Part shown: positions 24,401 to 33,301 of the stretch, piece after piece
How the letters are laid out: each line of letters begins with the position of its first letter
Numbering within the stretch: position 1 is the stretch's first letter
The notes under the pieces: model-generated
Database searches by the model: none
Told to the model about the DNA's origin: nothing
Seen by the model: the letters and a program-made list of their open reading frames with translations, nothing else
Translations under genes and position numbers: made by a program
DNA from: a virus
Taxonomy: Duplodnaviria; Caudoviricetes
DNA: 59,948 bases
Strand: one strand, 5' to 3'
IMG/VR virus record: IMGVR_UViG_3300044513_000342
Location: 1-59,948 of that record

Positions 24401-27182
24401 GGTTAGATCCAAATTCAAGGTCTCTTACAAGGGCATTTAGGAAGTGTACAATGTCTTGCTTGCACTGCTCATCGCTTACAGGAATATTGAAACTTGGATA
24501 TACTTTTGTTCCATTATCACAAGTTACTTCGATTCCAGCAAGTTGTACCGTATCATCTTCTACTAAAGATGGAATTGGAACAGATGTTGTTATCGTAGCA
24601 ACACCAGTAATAGAAGTATCGTAGATGAAATCTGTAATGTTGTAAGTATTACCACCAAACGTTACTGTACCCGTTGGGTTTTGATTATCGTAGATATGCT
24701 CGAATCTGGATGTTCCTAGATAAATCTTGAAATCGTTACCACTAATATCATATACAGAGAAATACTCTTTCTTAAACTGATCATTAATTTTCCCAACAAC
24801 TTCATCAGCAATGAAGTCTCTGTTGTTTCTGATTAAATTGCAAGCATCCTGATATCTTCTGTCTACAGGCGTTGCTAGTGGGAAAGTGTTTGGTGAGTTG
24901 AGTAGCGACAGAGTAATAGATCTTGTGTATGTACTTACAGTCGCAAATTGTCCTGGATCAAAATTGGAATCATTAAATGCTGGTGCTTTCTTTGGAATGA
25001 CAAATCTTCTTGCTCTACCGTCAGCATCGTCTAGAACTTTATAAATTCTTTGCTTACCATTCAAGAATGACAAGTCGGGTGTTGTAGTTGGAAGACCTTG
25101 AATAGTAATCTCCTGACCTTCTTTGAAGTCATGGATGTTGGATCTACCAACTAGTTCGTTGGTATAAAATACAATACCACCTAGGTCTTCTGCATTTCCA
25201 AACTGATCGCTTTGGAAACCATCAGTAAAACTACCCTGTTGCGAGAAGTCAATTCTCTGAATGGGCAAGGTCGCCGTTACATCCTCATCAATCGATACAA
25301 CTTCACCTTCAGCTCTAATAGACTTTAGAGATGTGGAGTCGAATGTAAAGAAAGTTGCTGTAGCAGCATTGATATTAATTGTTTCTGCTTGTGTACTATC
25401 AAATCCAACTGTGCCAAAAACAGGAATTACTACTACATCCCAGTATGTTGGAGAACCTCCAGGTTCTGCGGTAACTGTAAATACCTGGAAGTAACCTTGA
25501 GTGAAACTACTATCATCGGTATCATCTAATAAAATATAATCTCCAGGAGCAATAACTCCTGTTGGATCTGTTGTTGCCCTGAAAGCATTGGATCCAATAG
25601 TTTCAGAGATAGTTAAAGATAATGCTGAACCAGTAGTAATAGAAGTGATATATCTAAATTGTTCACCCTCAACAATAGAACCACTAATTGCTCTAACGTC
25701 AACTTCACCAGCAAGATAAGCACTAGCACCAGTAGTTGTAACAAAGGTTACTCCAATAACTTCAGCTACTGCACCCTGGTTGACACCAACAACCTGAGTT
25801 CCTACTTGCAGTGCAGATAGACCACCATTTTGCTGGAATCCTAGTCTAAACTGATCTGGTCCAAATACTTGATGTCCAATTGGAAACTCTACGCCAAAGT
25901 CTCCATTAGATTCATAATCGACAAGGATACGCTGCTTGTCGTCGAAGACCATAGCGAAGTCCCAGGTAGAAATCGGATCTCCTGTTGCTTCATCAACTTT
26001 ATCTCTATATGTTACACCAATAACATAGTTCTTATCACCAAACTTGACAATATGCTTACCAGGGTTTCTAGGTCTGATGATTACAAGACGTAGGTTGTCA
26101 CCAACAATCGAGCAATCAGGTGGTAGAGAGATTGGGTTATCTTCTAGATAATCACCACCAGAAACGATAATAGTTTCTTTAACTCCAGGAGTTGCCCAAG
26201 CAAGTTGTGCTGCCTTCTTGATTGTTCTAACAGGAGCAACAGCAGATCGACCGTCGTTAAGGTTATCACCAATCTGCTCAGAAACATAGATACGACCGCC
26301 AACGTCGTTTGTTGCTAGGTTAAGGACGTATTCTGTAGTAGCAATCTTATCAGATCTATCGCCTAGTAGAGGAGTGATAGAACGAGGGAAGAGTCCTGCT
26401 TCTCCAGTTTCACCATATCCAAAAGCACCTTGGTCATCTACGCGGAAACCAATATGCTTGAAGTTAACTTCACCATTAAGAACAATACCATCGGTATGTG
26501 TTGGAGCAACAGCTGTTGCTTCTCCGCCATTTAATGCTTGGTATACATTTTGGCCAAAATATACATACTCATTTTTTTGGAAGATTTTTGGTTGGGTAGG
26601 ATACAGACTACCCGTACCATTCACATAAGTTTTAAAGTTTGGACCTCGCAACTCCAAGTCGGGAGTAACAAAGTTATCAATATCTAGGTTTAGAACTCTT
26701 GCAGTATCAGAAATGATAGAAGTGGAAGTTCTGATAGCACCATTAATATCAAGTTCATAATCAACTGTGTCAAGAACTGCAGTTGCAACAGCACCAGCTC
26801 CATTTCCTCCAGTAATAGTTACATTTGGAGCACTAGTATATCCACTACCAGGATTATTGATAGCGATGTTGACAACCTGACCATTAAAAATAAAAGCAGA
26901 GGCAAGTGCTTGTACTCCACCAGCGGTGGATGGGGGATCTACAGTAACAGTTGGTACTAGTGTATAACCAGAACCACCAGAAGTAAGTTCAATGTTATTA
27001 ACTCTCTGTCCAGTTCTATTAATACCAACACGAGGTAAACCTGTGTTTGCATCAAGTTGTGTTCTCAGAATTTCTCTTTCGAGAGATCCTGTCCCACCCC
27101 TGACAGTAAGTTCGTTATCACCGATGAGCTGTGGTTTTGAACCTCTGATAAACTCTTTATCGGAATTGATATTAAAACTCAT
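18495..27182 (-). CDS. Giant tail fibre-like virion protein (2895 aa)
   Basis: KIATTEYV, GSGLDADxLD fibre motifs, VGINTTNP, GGSGY repeats, and two helical phycobiliprotein-like domains. Late promoter CTAAATA at 27218-27224. Confidence 0.85.
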   Translation of the reverse strand: MSFNINSDKEFIRGSKPQLIGDNELTVRGGTGSLEREILRTQLDANTGLPRVGINRTGQRVNNIELTSGGSGYTLVPTVTVDPPSTAGGVQALASAFIFNGQVVNIAINNPGSGYTSAPNVTITGGNGAGAVATAVLDTVDYELDINGAIRTSTSIISDTARVLNLDIDNFVTPDLELRGPNFKTYVNGTGSLYPTQPKIFQKNEYVYFGQNVYQALNGGEATAVAPTHTDGIVLNGEVNFKHIGFRVDDQGAFGYGETGEAGLFPRSITPLLGDRSDKIATTEYVLNLATNDVGGRIYVSEQIGDNLNDGRSAVAPVRTIKKAAQLAWATPGVKETIIVSGGDYLEDNPISLPPDCSIVGDNLRLVIIRPRNPGKHIVKFGDKNYVIGVTYRDKVDEATGDPISTWDFAMVFDDKQRILVDYESNGDFGVEFPIGHQVFGPDQFRLGFQQNGGLSALQVGTQVVGVNQGAVAEVIGVTFVTTTGASAYLAGEVDVRAISGSIVEGEQFRYITSITTGSALSLTISETIGSNAFRATTDPTGVIAPGDYILLDDTDDSSFTQGYFQVFTVTAEPGGSPTYWDVVVIPVFGTVGFDSTQAETININAATATFFTFDSTSLKSIRAEGEVVSIDEDVTATLPIQRIDFSQQGSFTDGFQSDQFGNAEDLGGIVFYTNELVGRSNIHDFKEGQEITIQGLPTTTPDLSFLNGKQRIYKVLDDADGRARRFVIPKKAPAFNDSNFDPGQFATVSTYTRSITLSLLNSPNTFPLATPVDRRYQDACNLIRNNRDFIADEVVGKINDQFKKEYFSVYDISGNDFKIYLGTSRFEHIYDNQNPTGTVTFGGNTYNITDFIYDTSITGVATITTSVPIPSLVEDDTVQLAGIEVTCDNGTKVYPSFNIPVSDEQCKQDIVHFLNALVRDLEFGSNHNIVEAAEKYIVGAKIGYVENEIIQTVRAIEYARELAIYAMCNWRTGNRTASDPVYTPQYSSITRYFDDTVITATAGSPACDNVRSAIDTLAYLWVDVIGNNASGTYLDAAYLIARNRDLIADASYKETLVSYPALGLNNIDERKCLRDINYIIGGLIRDLVLGGNSGTLNNANSYFTGTALTGVPSSELPATRLAFQRVKLNATAAMRNWTDGNGNAIVSPLSVIPQFTDNTILSDPGSPDCANVAASIDTLMTLLDNILLYGENPSDPQAIQPGVTVENTGTLYDTAQIITYPDSYIYDLNNVRMAVRGIYDDYPIIEASPYTQNSSVISFLGGGGALVDGSKVKQPNCPFPGLELDGSASFPNQGKSMVAAAFTIVSFGGTGYKVIEDGYTQLVSVFVIFCADGVLAESGGYCSITNSATNFGIYALRGIGYRREAYSFDVATITNVSATPTGRTIFNVDGLGREPLEHYVVKIDGIENTAEGIEYFIDSVGAVGAGPPFAAELTIDDGQGQPMDLTDSATGLPISVGSLTGYTIRLHRPSIVNSSSHTWEFAGSGTNYLALPENGGTKVEANEQVSEDYGRVYVSGTDELGDFKVGTFAQIENRTGNITFTGTVTISEVEFLKLKGGDVVVTGFSADNTLGGAATSNSVLPTQKAVRDYITNNLGPYINKPYSTNAVPRALVELTDSGKISVDQIPALRPFEVYTVANQTERLAIEGALAGDIAIQQDTSQSFILNNDLDSLFAAFAPDPTIQFTLNDIFTGSLSGGRIQATEYRQGVVYRLNITDGGSGYTQPPTVTISGTLQQGGVEARAVTSIANGEVVTLDIVVYNGYLGGKGYTAAPTVTIAAPQGSGTQATAVALIESRLYGDVVNRILLEDTDTIDSSDIPAVTVNITRVVNTSSNNNNNWVSLSSNQIAASDITSGVIETDRLASGGAANSFTFLRGDQNWALAVQSLKGAEVRYFDKLYSTASSGSSQLIFQTNSDVLIGHEVVNSVVGIQANTNITGVITAAGLTTISLNNPLTQTINAGTIIEFERGASPIIFESSYTQGNFVDDIIISNGGSGFTDGQYFDVELSGGTGTGLKTNIVVSSNTITNLTVTAGGTGYNSDFTIVSPPPEIGSGSSMVLEAKISTVNRQYANVAVDVQRVTELTISSDLYGTIGVSRFKKDQFNIGSAGNGSIELKTGPGSGLDADLLDTKQGSFYLNSSNQNAGTLPTDRLAGTYNISISGTSGNTLRLVTGTNNPTSNPTPNNFVEGLVANTINNSADQLNDGGTQHLVLTIRNKGQGLTAEGGVRQMAFTDNDNIWLRGSGTGVTAFGSWAKMWTSLNDGPGSGLDADRLDNRQATWYQNALNINYGTISDNRLPGFISATKVRDALTVQSFNGDPKYRIYISGRVLNTSPFTPGTNVNLYNANAQGTGTIAIDNLIINDDPTDNFNDYTIIVGRLTTGNFVGAETIGTAAIREPFQDFSIDDDNIVEVAKLESDGGTANLRLGRSDGIATSPALYFTSAQLAPSNYNAAIIATGGNATDGSGTLNVLVANANGLNVNGNVVWNSGNIEFQSANIADTAVKRDANGNFSAGTITANLTGSASLNVLKAGDTMTGSLTITGAGSNFSVSGTSTLTGVVTVVDDLNVDSGVLFVDASSNEVGINTTNPLAALDIRGDIFIRNTNPTIYFDGTSDGGTPATADMAITATPEGLDFIEPEDGNKIQFRILDDIGVDAPFGYQINGTRIWDNARNQQNTNSITLVNTSAGAINFQNNTATRYWRVGSNTQSNNFFTFESSDAAGNTNFTGSPALGISGVNNAVTINTTATSGVDPTDGSTVRNYKFNVQGDVNFNGQLFQNNAEFVTSRWTEASNGSDIYRLSRVGVNKADPTYQLHVLGSVNIEGQDFVNQANNRVLYANGIKQWLDTYGTFKSNRNFVDENITIPTGYNAGSFGPITINNGIVITVADGGSWNIV

Positions 27183-27226
27183 GGTGCTGTCTACCTGCGC
27201 CTATTTTGCCTCAGTTATATTTAGCA

Positions 27227-27727
27227 TCAAGTCCATGCAATACTAATGATTTGTGTTGCTACTGCCCATTTGATGTTGTTGGTTGTACCTGATCTTGTGG
27301 TTGTATAACTAAATCTATTTGTCGATCCTAATGGTTCAATAGACCAAGTTTGTCCAGAAGGGACATCATCTTTAATAACAGTCCTCATGCTAGACAGAAC
27401 ACTAGTTTGACCACTAGCATCACATGAAACAACTGATTCCAATTTTGCAGAATAAACGACTCCTTGTGGGTTTACCGCAATAATATGTCCAGTGATAAAA
27501 TTTAGAGTATTATTGTCAATGACAATTTGTGTTCCTACCGTGTCTAGTTCTAAGACAGCGGTATTCAATCCTCGTAAAATATAATGTGATACTTTACTAT
27601 CAGTAAATTGCGAATTTTTTATTTCTAAGGTGTTTAAATCTTTTGCATTTCTCAATTCATCAACAATAACAGTTTTGTCAATGGAAAATCCACCTGTAGA
27701 ATCAAACTTTTCTTTTGTAGTTGCCAT
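27227..27727 (-). CDS. Virion structural protein (166 aa)
   Basis: Beta-rich ORF between two large structural genes. Confidence 0.75.
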   Translation of the reverse strand: MATTKEKFDSTGGFSIDKTVIVDELRNAKDLNTLEIKNSQFTDSKVSHYILRGLNTAVLELDTVGTQIVIDNNTLNFITGHIIAVNPQGVVYSAKLESVVSCDASGQTSVLSSMRTVIKDDVPSGQTWSIEPLGSTNRFSYTTTRSGTTNNIKWAVATQIISIAWT

Positions 27728-27729
27728 GT

Positions 27730-30700
27730 TTATTTCTTAGTAACGTTTGATACAACAGTGATATTAACAGACTCAGTTGAATTAATATTAGCACCCAATG
27801 AAATATTTAGTCTAACGATGTTAGCTCCAGTAACTTCAAAGGTTGGAACGATTAATTGAGTTCCTGTTCTGATGTTTCCATATTCGGTATGGAATACATC
27901 TGTACCATCGTCAAGAATACCAAACTCGATAAACTCTTTATCTCCACTTGTGGGATTGTGAGCAATAACCGTAGTCTTGCATCCAGCATTGGTTGCTACA
28001 GCATATAGTTCAGAAGAACCATTATCAGAAGTTCCCTTAACTAATGTTAGTTTCTCTGAAAGAATCTTGACATCAGCAAGTTCAAATTCTTTCAAGTCAC
28101 CATCAAAAATTTTAACAAGATCTAGAGCTCCTGTTCCGAAACCAATGTTTAAGAACACATCACCCTGATCATCTAATCTTAGGACAGGATCTGTAGTTAG
28201 ACCAGCAGATAGTCCGAGATCAAAATATTGCTTACTTGTATGCAAGAATGTTGTAGTTCCACTCGTATTATCAAGGGTTGTATCAGCATTATTAAATGTC
28301 ATCAAGTTTGCAGTAATCTCAAATTCCTGAGAAGTTACAGATCTAATAACATCAATGCCGTAGAAGTCTAAAGCTGTTGTTGTTACTTCTAGAGTTTTTA
28401 CATTATCATTATAGAAGAACAGTGTGTTCTCGTTTGCTCCAGGGGCAGTTTCTGGAATAATATAAGTATTTTGGTCAACGTCTTTGACGCCACCAAGAGA
28501 TCCCCAGTTAGTTCCATCATATCCCTCAAACTGAGTTGTGGTGTCGCTAAATCTGATAGATCCTTTGACTGCAATGCCTCTGTCTGCATCAGGACCATTT
28601 GGAATAACAAGAGAAGTAGAAGCATCACAAACAATCTTCTTACCAGCGTTAGGACGAATAAGTAGATCATTAATGTCTGTAGAAATTACATTATTTGCAA
28701 GTCTAAGGTCATTATTAATAGAAAGTGGTAGTGCAGACTGTGGACCAATCTTAATTTCAGAAATATCTTCAAAGGTGATAGGAGCAACAGCTAACTGGGA
28801 CCATGTTAGTTCGGCAGATCCATTAAGAACAGCACCAGTGGTGTGTTTTGGTTCGTTGCCAGATGTTGCTGTAGTACCTGCTACTGTTACTTCGTACAAG
28901 TTATTCTTGTACTTGATATAAGCACCTAGAAGAACAGGAGTATTTGCTGTCCACTCGGTAAATGCTGGTGCAGTAACACTAAGAGATCTTAATTTCTTTA
29001 GATTGACAAATTCAAAATAATTTGGGGTAACCTTAATGGTGTTTACATTATCGTTAATAAACCATAAGGTATTATCATTTGATCCAACAGATTCTTCTGC
29101 AAGAATGTAAGTATTACCATCAAGATCTCTAACACCACCTAAAGAAGACCAAGAAGAAGTTGTGCTACTGTAACCTTCATATTGGTTTGTTAATGTATTG
29201 AATCTAATAGATCCATTAGGAGCATTTGATGGTCTTTCTACTGTAGTTCCAGATGGGATTACTAAAGCGCCAAATCCATTAACAACGGTGAGTCTACCAG
29301 TTGGAGCTTGTAAGACTAAATCCGATGATACATCTGTAGAAATTACGTTGTCAGTAATAAACAAACGATTATTTACATTCAATCTATTACTAGTTTCAAG
29401 TTCTCCAGTAGTAATCAAATCACCAGTAGAATGTGTAATTAAAAGTTGACCAACAGTTACATCGGTACTAGCAACAATAGATGTAGATGCGGTTAAAGTT
29501 AGTGAAGCAGAAGAAATAATTTCTGGTGTAGTAACACTAGTTGTCGCTCCAACAGTAGAAGATGAAATTGTGGTCGAAATTACATCATCAATTTCTCCAG
29601 TAGGTGCTACGACTTTGACTGCCGTGAAAGTTCCATCTAAAACTTCACTTGTAATAATATCTCTTTCTTGAATTTGAGAAACTCTTACTTGGAAACCAGA
29701 TCCAAATACCTTTGGATTATTTGGATCAATAGTGATAGATGCTTCGCTACCATCTGCTCCACCAGCATTTTCATACTGGTTTGCTTCGTAGTAATAGAGT
29801 GTTGGAGTATTTGATGTAACTGCAATCTCTAGATAGTCTGCTTCCTGTGTTACTCCATCAGTATATGTGGTTCCAGAGAAGTTAGCAACAACGGCTCCAG
29901 AAGTAAGAGGAGGTTTTGATAATGTAACAGTTGTAGCGTTATCAACACTAGCAATTCTAGTGTCAGAATCCAACTCTCCAGCACCACTAACCTTGGTCAT
30001 CAGCATACCAACTGATAAACCAGTAGTTGATGTTAACGTTATAGTTGTTGAAGCATTATCTAAAACAGTTGCTAGATTCTCTACTAAACTTGGACTATAA
30101 GGACCATCTGGGAATTCACTAAATGCTAGTTGAGTAGCAGAATTACTAGCATCACTTGTGTCAAATCTATATGTACTTCCAACATAGAGAGTAAGGTTTG
30201 GCGTTAATTGTGCTCCATTGCCATCTGGATCCATGTAGTATCTAATAGTAATAGCACTAGCAGTATCAACATCGTATACAGGGGTGCTAGTTCCTGTTTT
30301 AACAATTTGATCTGCTCCAGTAAATGGAGCTCCCTGGTCTGCTTCGACAAGAATGCTAGTAATATTTCCACCAGACGAAAAAACTTGCAATACATCTGCT
30401 GGTGTCGATGTAGATACAGAAGAAACATCTAATGTAATATCATGTGTTGGACTTGTTCCACCAACTTCCGTACCAGCAATTGTAATTGTATCAGTGTCAA
30501 GATAACCAAGACCACCTTGATTAACAGTAACAGAAGTTACTTGTCCAACACTATTTCTAGAAACATCAAAAGTAGCACCAATACCACTTCCTCCAGAGAA
30601 ATTAGTAACTGTCCAAGAACCAGTTTCGTCTGAAGTAAACGTCAAGTTTACCGAAGCTGTTTGTAGAGGAGCAGCAGATAATGTAATCTGCGTACCACTA

Positions 30701-33099
30701 TCCACAGATAAGACAGTAGTATTAACAGCAATATTTCCACTACCATCTTCCGCAACAGCATCTCCAGCACTAATGCCTGCTGTGCTAGATAAATTTACAA
30801 CTGGATTGCCAGATGTTAGATTTGCAGCAAGAGGTCCAGTAGTGGTTGGTGTAACATCTGGAGAAGCAGTTATTGTAATATTTGTAATTTCTCCAGCTGG
30901 AACTTCAATCTGGTCTCCAGCGGAAAAAACAGAATCTGCTATTGTTTGCACAAATGTCAATGTTTGTACAAACTTAACAGTTACTGGAATGTTAATAGGT
31001 TGTGTTAGGTTAGTTGCATTTATAATCAGTAAATCATCTACCGAATAACCATTTCCATCGTTGTTGATAGCATATGTTGAAATAGTGCCAAGTGAATCAA
31101 TAGTATACTCAAAATCGTCCGCTGGATTTCCATAAGGAGGAACAACATTAATTACAATATTACCAGGAGATACTGCTTGATCGGAAATAGTAATAGTTGT
31201 TGCATCATCTACGTTTCCAACAGTGGTTCCTGCTGTTAGTACGCCAGTTCCAGAAACTTTTTGGATAACATCACCAATGTTCATTCCTGCTGTGCTAGGA
31301 ACTGTGAGTTGGAATAGATTAGAAGAAGTGAAAACTAAGTTTGCCGCACCACTTACTGTTGGGGCAATGTCTAAAGTAATTTGTGTTGCACTATCAATAC
31401 TTTGAATTACTGATGCCTGATCTACTTGTCCAGTATCTCCAGCACTAGTAGAAACCGACATGCCCACTTCCAAAGCAGAAGTATCGGAAAGAGTGATCTG
31501 TGCGGTTCCTGCTGTCAGAGTCGTAGCAAATGCACTTGTTTGACCAGGGAGATAAGTTGAAATATTGGATACTCCTTGAGCAAGAGTCAAAACATCATTA
31601 AGTTGATATCCAGATCCGTAATCTGTAATTTGGAAATTACTAATTTGTCCTGGATTGGATGCTACAGTATATTCAAATCCAGATCCACCACCTCCACCAA
31701 GGTCAGAATCATTAGCAGATAAAGTATCCCCTAGTGCATAATCTAATCCCTGGTCTGTAATAGTAACTGTGTTGACTACACCAGTAAAAGTAAACCCAGA
31801 AATAGTATATTCGAATCCACTACCAGATCCACCCATATCTAGGTTGGAGACTTGCAAAATATCTGCAGATTGATAGTCGTTACCATCTGCAACAAAGGAC
31901 GCTGCGGTAACAGCACCACCAGAAACGGTAATTTCTAGATATGCCTGAGAACCATATTGACCAGTTACCCCAGTGTTTACTGTAATATTTCCACCAGCTG
32001 GTCCCATGCCAGCATGATTTGCACAATCATATCTAATAACATTTGTTCCAGTTGCTGCTGTTGGTTTAATAATTAAATCTTGGAATGCCCCTGGAAAACC
32101 TATATTTCCTTTAATAAAAAATTCAAATTCTGGATCGACACCTGTGCCATCCGCCATCTGGAATGTCATTCTATGGTTTGCGCCACCATCAGTTCCAGCA
32201 GAAGGATCCAAAGTGGAATCTGACATATCAAAACGATATGTATTGCCAGCAACCATCGTCAGTAATGGTTGAGTATTACCATCAATTTGATAGATGTAGT
32301 TTGGTTCTCCAGGTAAACCAGCATTTGGATTGGGAATTGAAGTAACTACAAACGTTTGGATTGGTTCGTTGAATGCCTGAACAAATCCATATGTATTGTC
32401 AATATATCCCGTACCACCTTGAGTGATAGATCCACCAATAGCAGCAGTACCAGTAATGTCTACGGTAGCTTCTGCTCCAGTTCCACTACCACCAGTTAAT
32501 GGAACGTTCGTGTATGTGCCAGGAGCATATGCTGATCCAGCATCAGTAATTGATCCAGAAAGCGCATCTACGTCAAAATTACAAGTAGCATTTGTTCCAC
32601 TGCCGCCAAGAAGACCGACAGTTAAAAACTGACCACCTAAGTAATTGCTACCGTTATTTGTGATAGATCCACCAAAACCTACAACGGTAATATCAAACGT
32701 TGCGTTTTGTCCTGTACCACCAATTACGGGAATATCTGTATAAGTTCCTTCATCATAGTTAGATCCAAGAGAGATAGTAGAAAATCCATTTGCTACTAAC
32801 TTTCTTTGTTGTACAACAAAGTCTTGATAACTTGTTGCAGCATCTAATTCTAGATCAAGTAATTTTTTAGAAGCAGAAACAAAACCAAGTGAAGAGTTTG
32901 TTGGTTTGTATAGACCCAATGAGGCATCACTTACAAAAGAAAGAGATGGCACAGATACCGTGCCATCACCAAGTTTTAAATTACCTGTAGAGAGATCACT
33001 GCCACCAGAAGTAACAGCAAAAATCTGTGATCCAATTTCATTGATCTTGACCCTTTGCTGCTCAAAGGTGTCTGTTCTAGCGACATTAACTGCGGGCAT
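27730..33099 (-). CDS. Large virion/baseplate-fibre connector-like protein (1789 aa)
   Basis: TDTFEQQRVKIN N-terminus, GGSG repeats, two IPxGxxxxR...IRF...EGY...WxSLGGV repeats, CBM-like and cupredoxin-like modules. Late promoter CATAAATA at 33154-33161. Confidence 0.85.
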   Translation of the reverse strand: MPAVNVARTDTFEQQRVKINEIGSQIFAVTSGGSDLSTGNLKLGDGTVSVPSLSFVSDASLGLYKPTNSSLGFVSASKKLLDLELDAATSYQDFVVQQRKLVANGFSTISLGSNYDEGTYTDIPVIGGTGQNATFDITVVGFGGSITNNGSNYLGGQFLTVGLLGGSGTNATCNFDVDALSGSITDAGSAYAPGTYTNVPLTGGSGTGAEATVDITGTAAIGGSITQGGTGYIDNTYGFVQAFNEPIQTFVVTSIPNPNAGLPGEPNYIYQIDGNTQPLLTMVAGNTYRFDMSDSTLDPSAGTDGGANHRMTFQMADGTGVDPEFEFFIKGNIGFPGAFQDLIIKPTAATGTNVIRYDCANHAGMGPAGGNITVNTGVTGQYGSQAYLEITVSGGAVTAASFVADGNDYQSADILQVSNLDMGGSGSGFEYTISGFTFTGVVNTVTITDQGLDYALGDTLSANDSDLGGGGGSGFEYTVASNPGQISNFQITDYGSGYQLNDVLTLAQGVSNISTYLPGQTSAFATTLTAGTAQITLSDTSALEVGMSVSTSAGDTGQVDQASVIQSIDSATQITLDIAPTVSGAANLVFTSSNLFQLTVPSTAGMNIGDVIQKVSGTGVLTAGTTVGNVDDATTITISDQAVSPGNIVINVVPPYGNPADDFEYTIDSLGTISTYAINNDGNGYSVDDLLIINATNLTQPINIPVTVKFVQTLTFVQTIADSVFSAGDQIEVPAGEITNITITASPDVTPTTTGPLAANLTSGNPVVNLSSTAGISAGDAVAEDGSGNIAVNTTVLSVDSGTQITLSAAPLQTASVNLTFTSDETGSWTVTNFSGGSGIGATFDVSRNSVGQVTSVTVNQGGLGYLDTDTITIAGTEVGGTSPTHDITLDVSSVSTSTPADVLQVFSSGGNITSILVEADQGAPFTGADQIVKTGTSTPVYDVDTASAITIRYYMDPDGNGAQLTPNLTLYVGSTYRFDTSDASNSATQLAFSEFPDGPYSPSLVENLATVLDNASTTITLTSTTGLSVGMLMTKVSGAGELDSDTRIASVDNATTVTLSKPPLTSGAVVANFSGTTYTDGVTQEADYLEIAVTSNTPTLYYYEANQYENAGGADGSEASITIDPNNPKVFGSGFQVRVSQIQERDIITSEVLDGTFTAVKVVAPTGEIDDVISTTISSSTVGATTSVTTPEIISSASLTLTASTSIVASTDVTVGQLLITHSTGDLITTGELETSNRLNVNNRLFITDNVISTDVSSDLVLQAPTGRLTVVNGFGALVIPSGTTVERPSNAPNGSIRFNTLTNQYEGYSSTTSSWSSLGGVRDLDGNTYILAEESVGSNDNTLWFINDNVNTIKVTPNYFEFVNLKKLRSLSVTAPAFTEWTANTPVLLGAYIKYKNNLYEVTVAGTTATSGNEPKHTTGAVLNGSAELTWSQLAVAPITFEDISEIKIGPQSALPLSINNDLRLANNVISTDINDLLIRPNAGKKIVCDASTSLVIPNGPDADRGIAVKGSIRFSDTTTQFEGYDGTNWGSLGGVKDVDQNTYIIPETAPGANENTLFFYNDNVKTLEVTTTALDFYGIDVIRSVTSQEFEITANLMTFNNADTTLDNTSGTTTFLHTSKQYFDLGLSAGLTTDPVLRLDDQGDVFLNIGFGTGALDLVKIFDGDLKEFELADVKILSEKLTLVKGTSDNGSSELYAVATNAGCKTTVIAHNPTSGDKEFIEFGILDDGTDVFHTEYGNIRTGTQLIVPTFEVTGANIVRLNISLGANINSTESVNITVVSNVTKK

Positions 33100-33292
33100 T
33101 TTTGATTAACTCTCTAAGTAAAGTTTTTATCTCAGAAACTTCATTCTTCAACATATTTATGTCTTCCAACGCGGAACTTAGATGTTTAGACTTCTTCCGA
33201 CTTTCGATGGCAGAATTGTCCCGAATGATGATGGCACCTGTCTTTAGGTCCCTTACGAGACCATCGTGCCCTTCGACCTTGGCATAATCCAT
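33086..33292 (-). CDS. Small conserved hypothetical protein
   Basis: KVEGHDGLVRDLKTGAII...EVSEIKTLL; follows the DUF4815-type gene. Confidence 0.8.
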   Translation of the reverse strand: MDYAKVEGHDGLVRDLKTGAIIIRDNSAIESRKKSKHLSSALEDINMLKNEVSEIKTLLRELIKNARS

Positions 33293-33301
33293 ACGCGGAA
33301 A

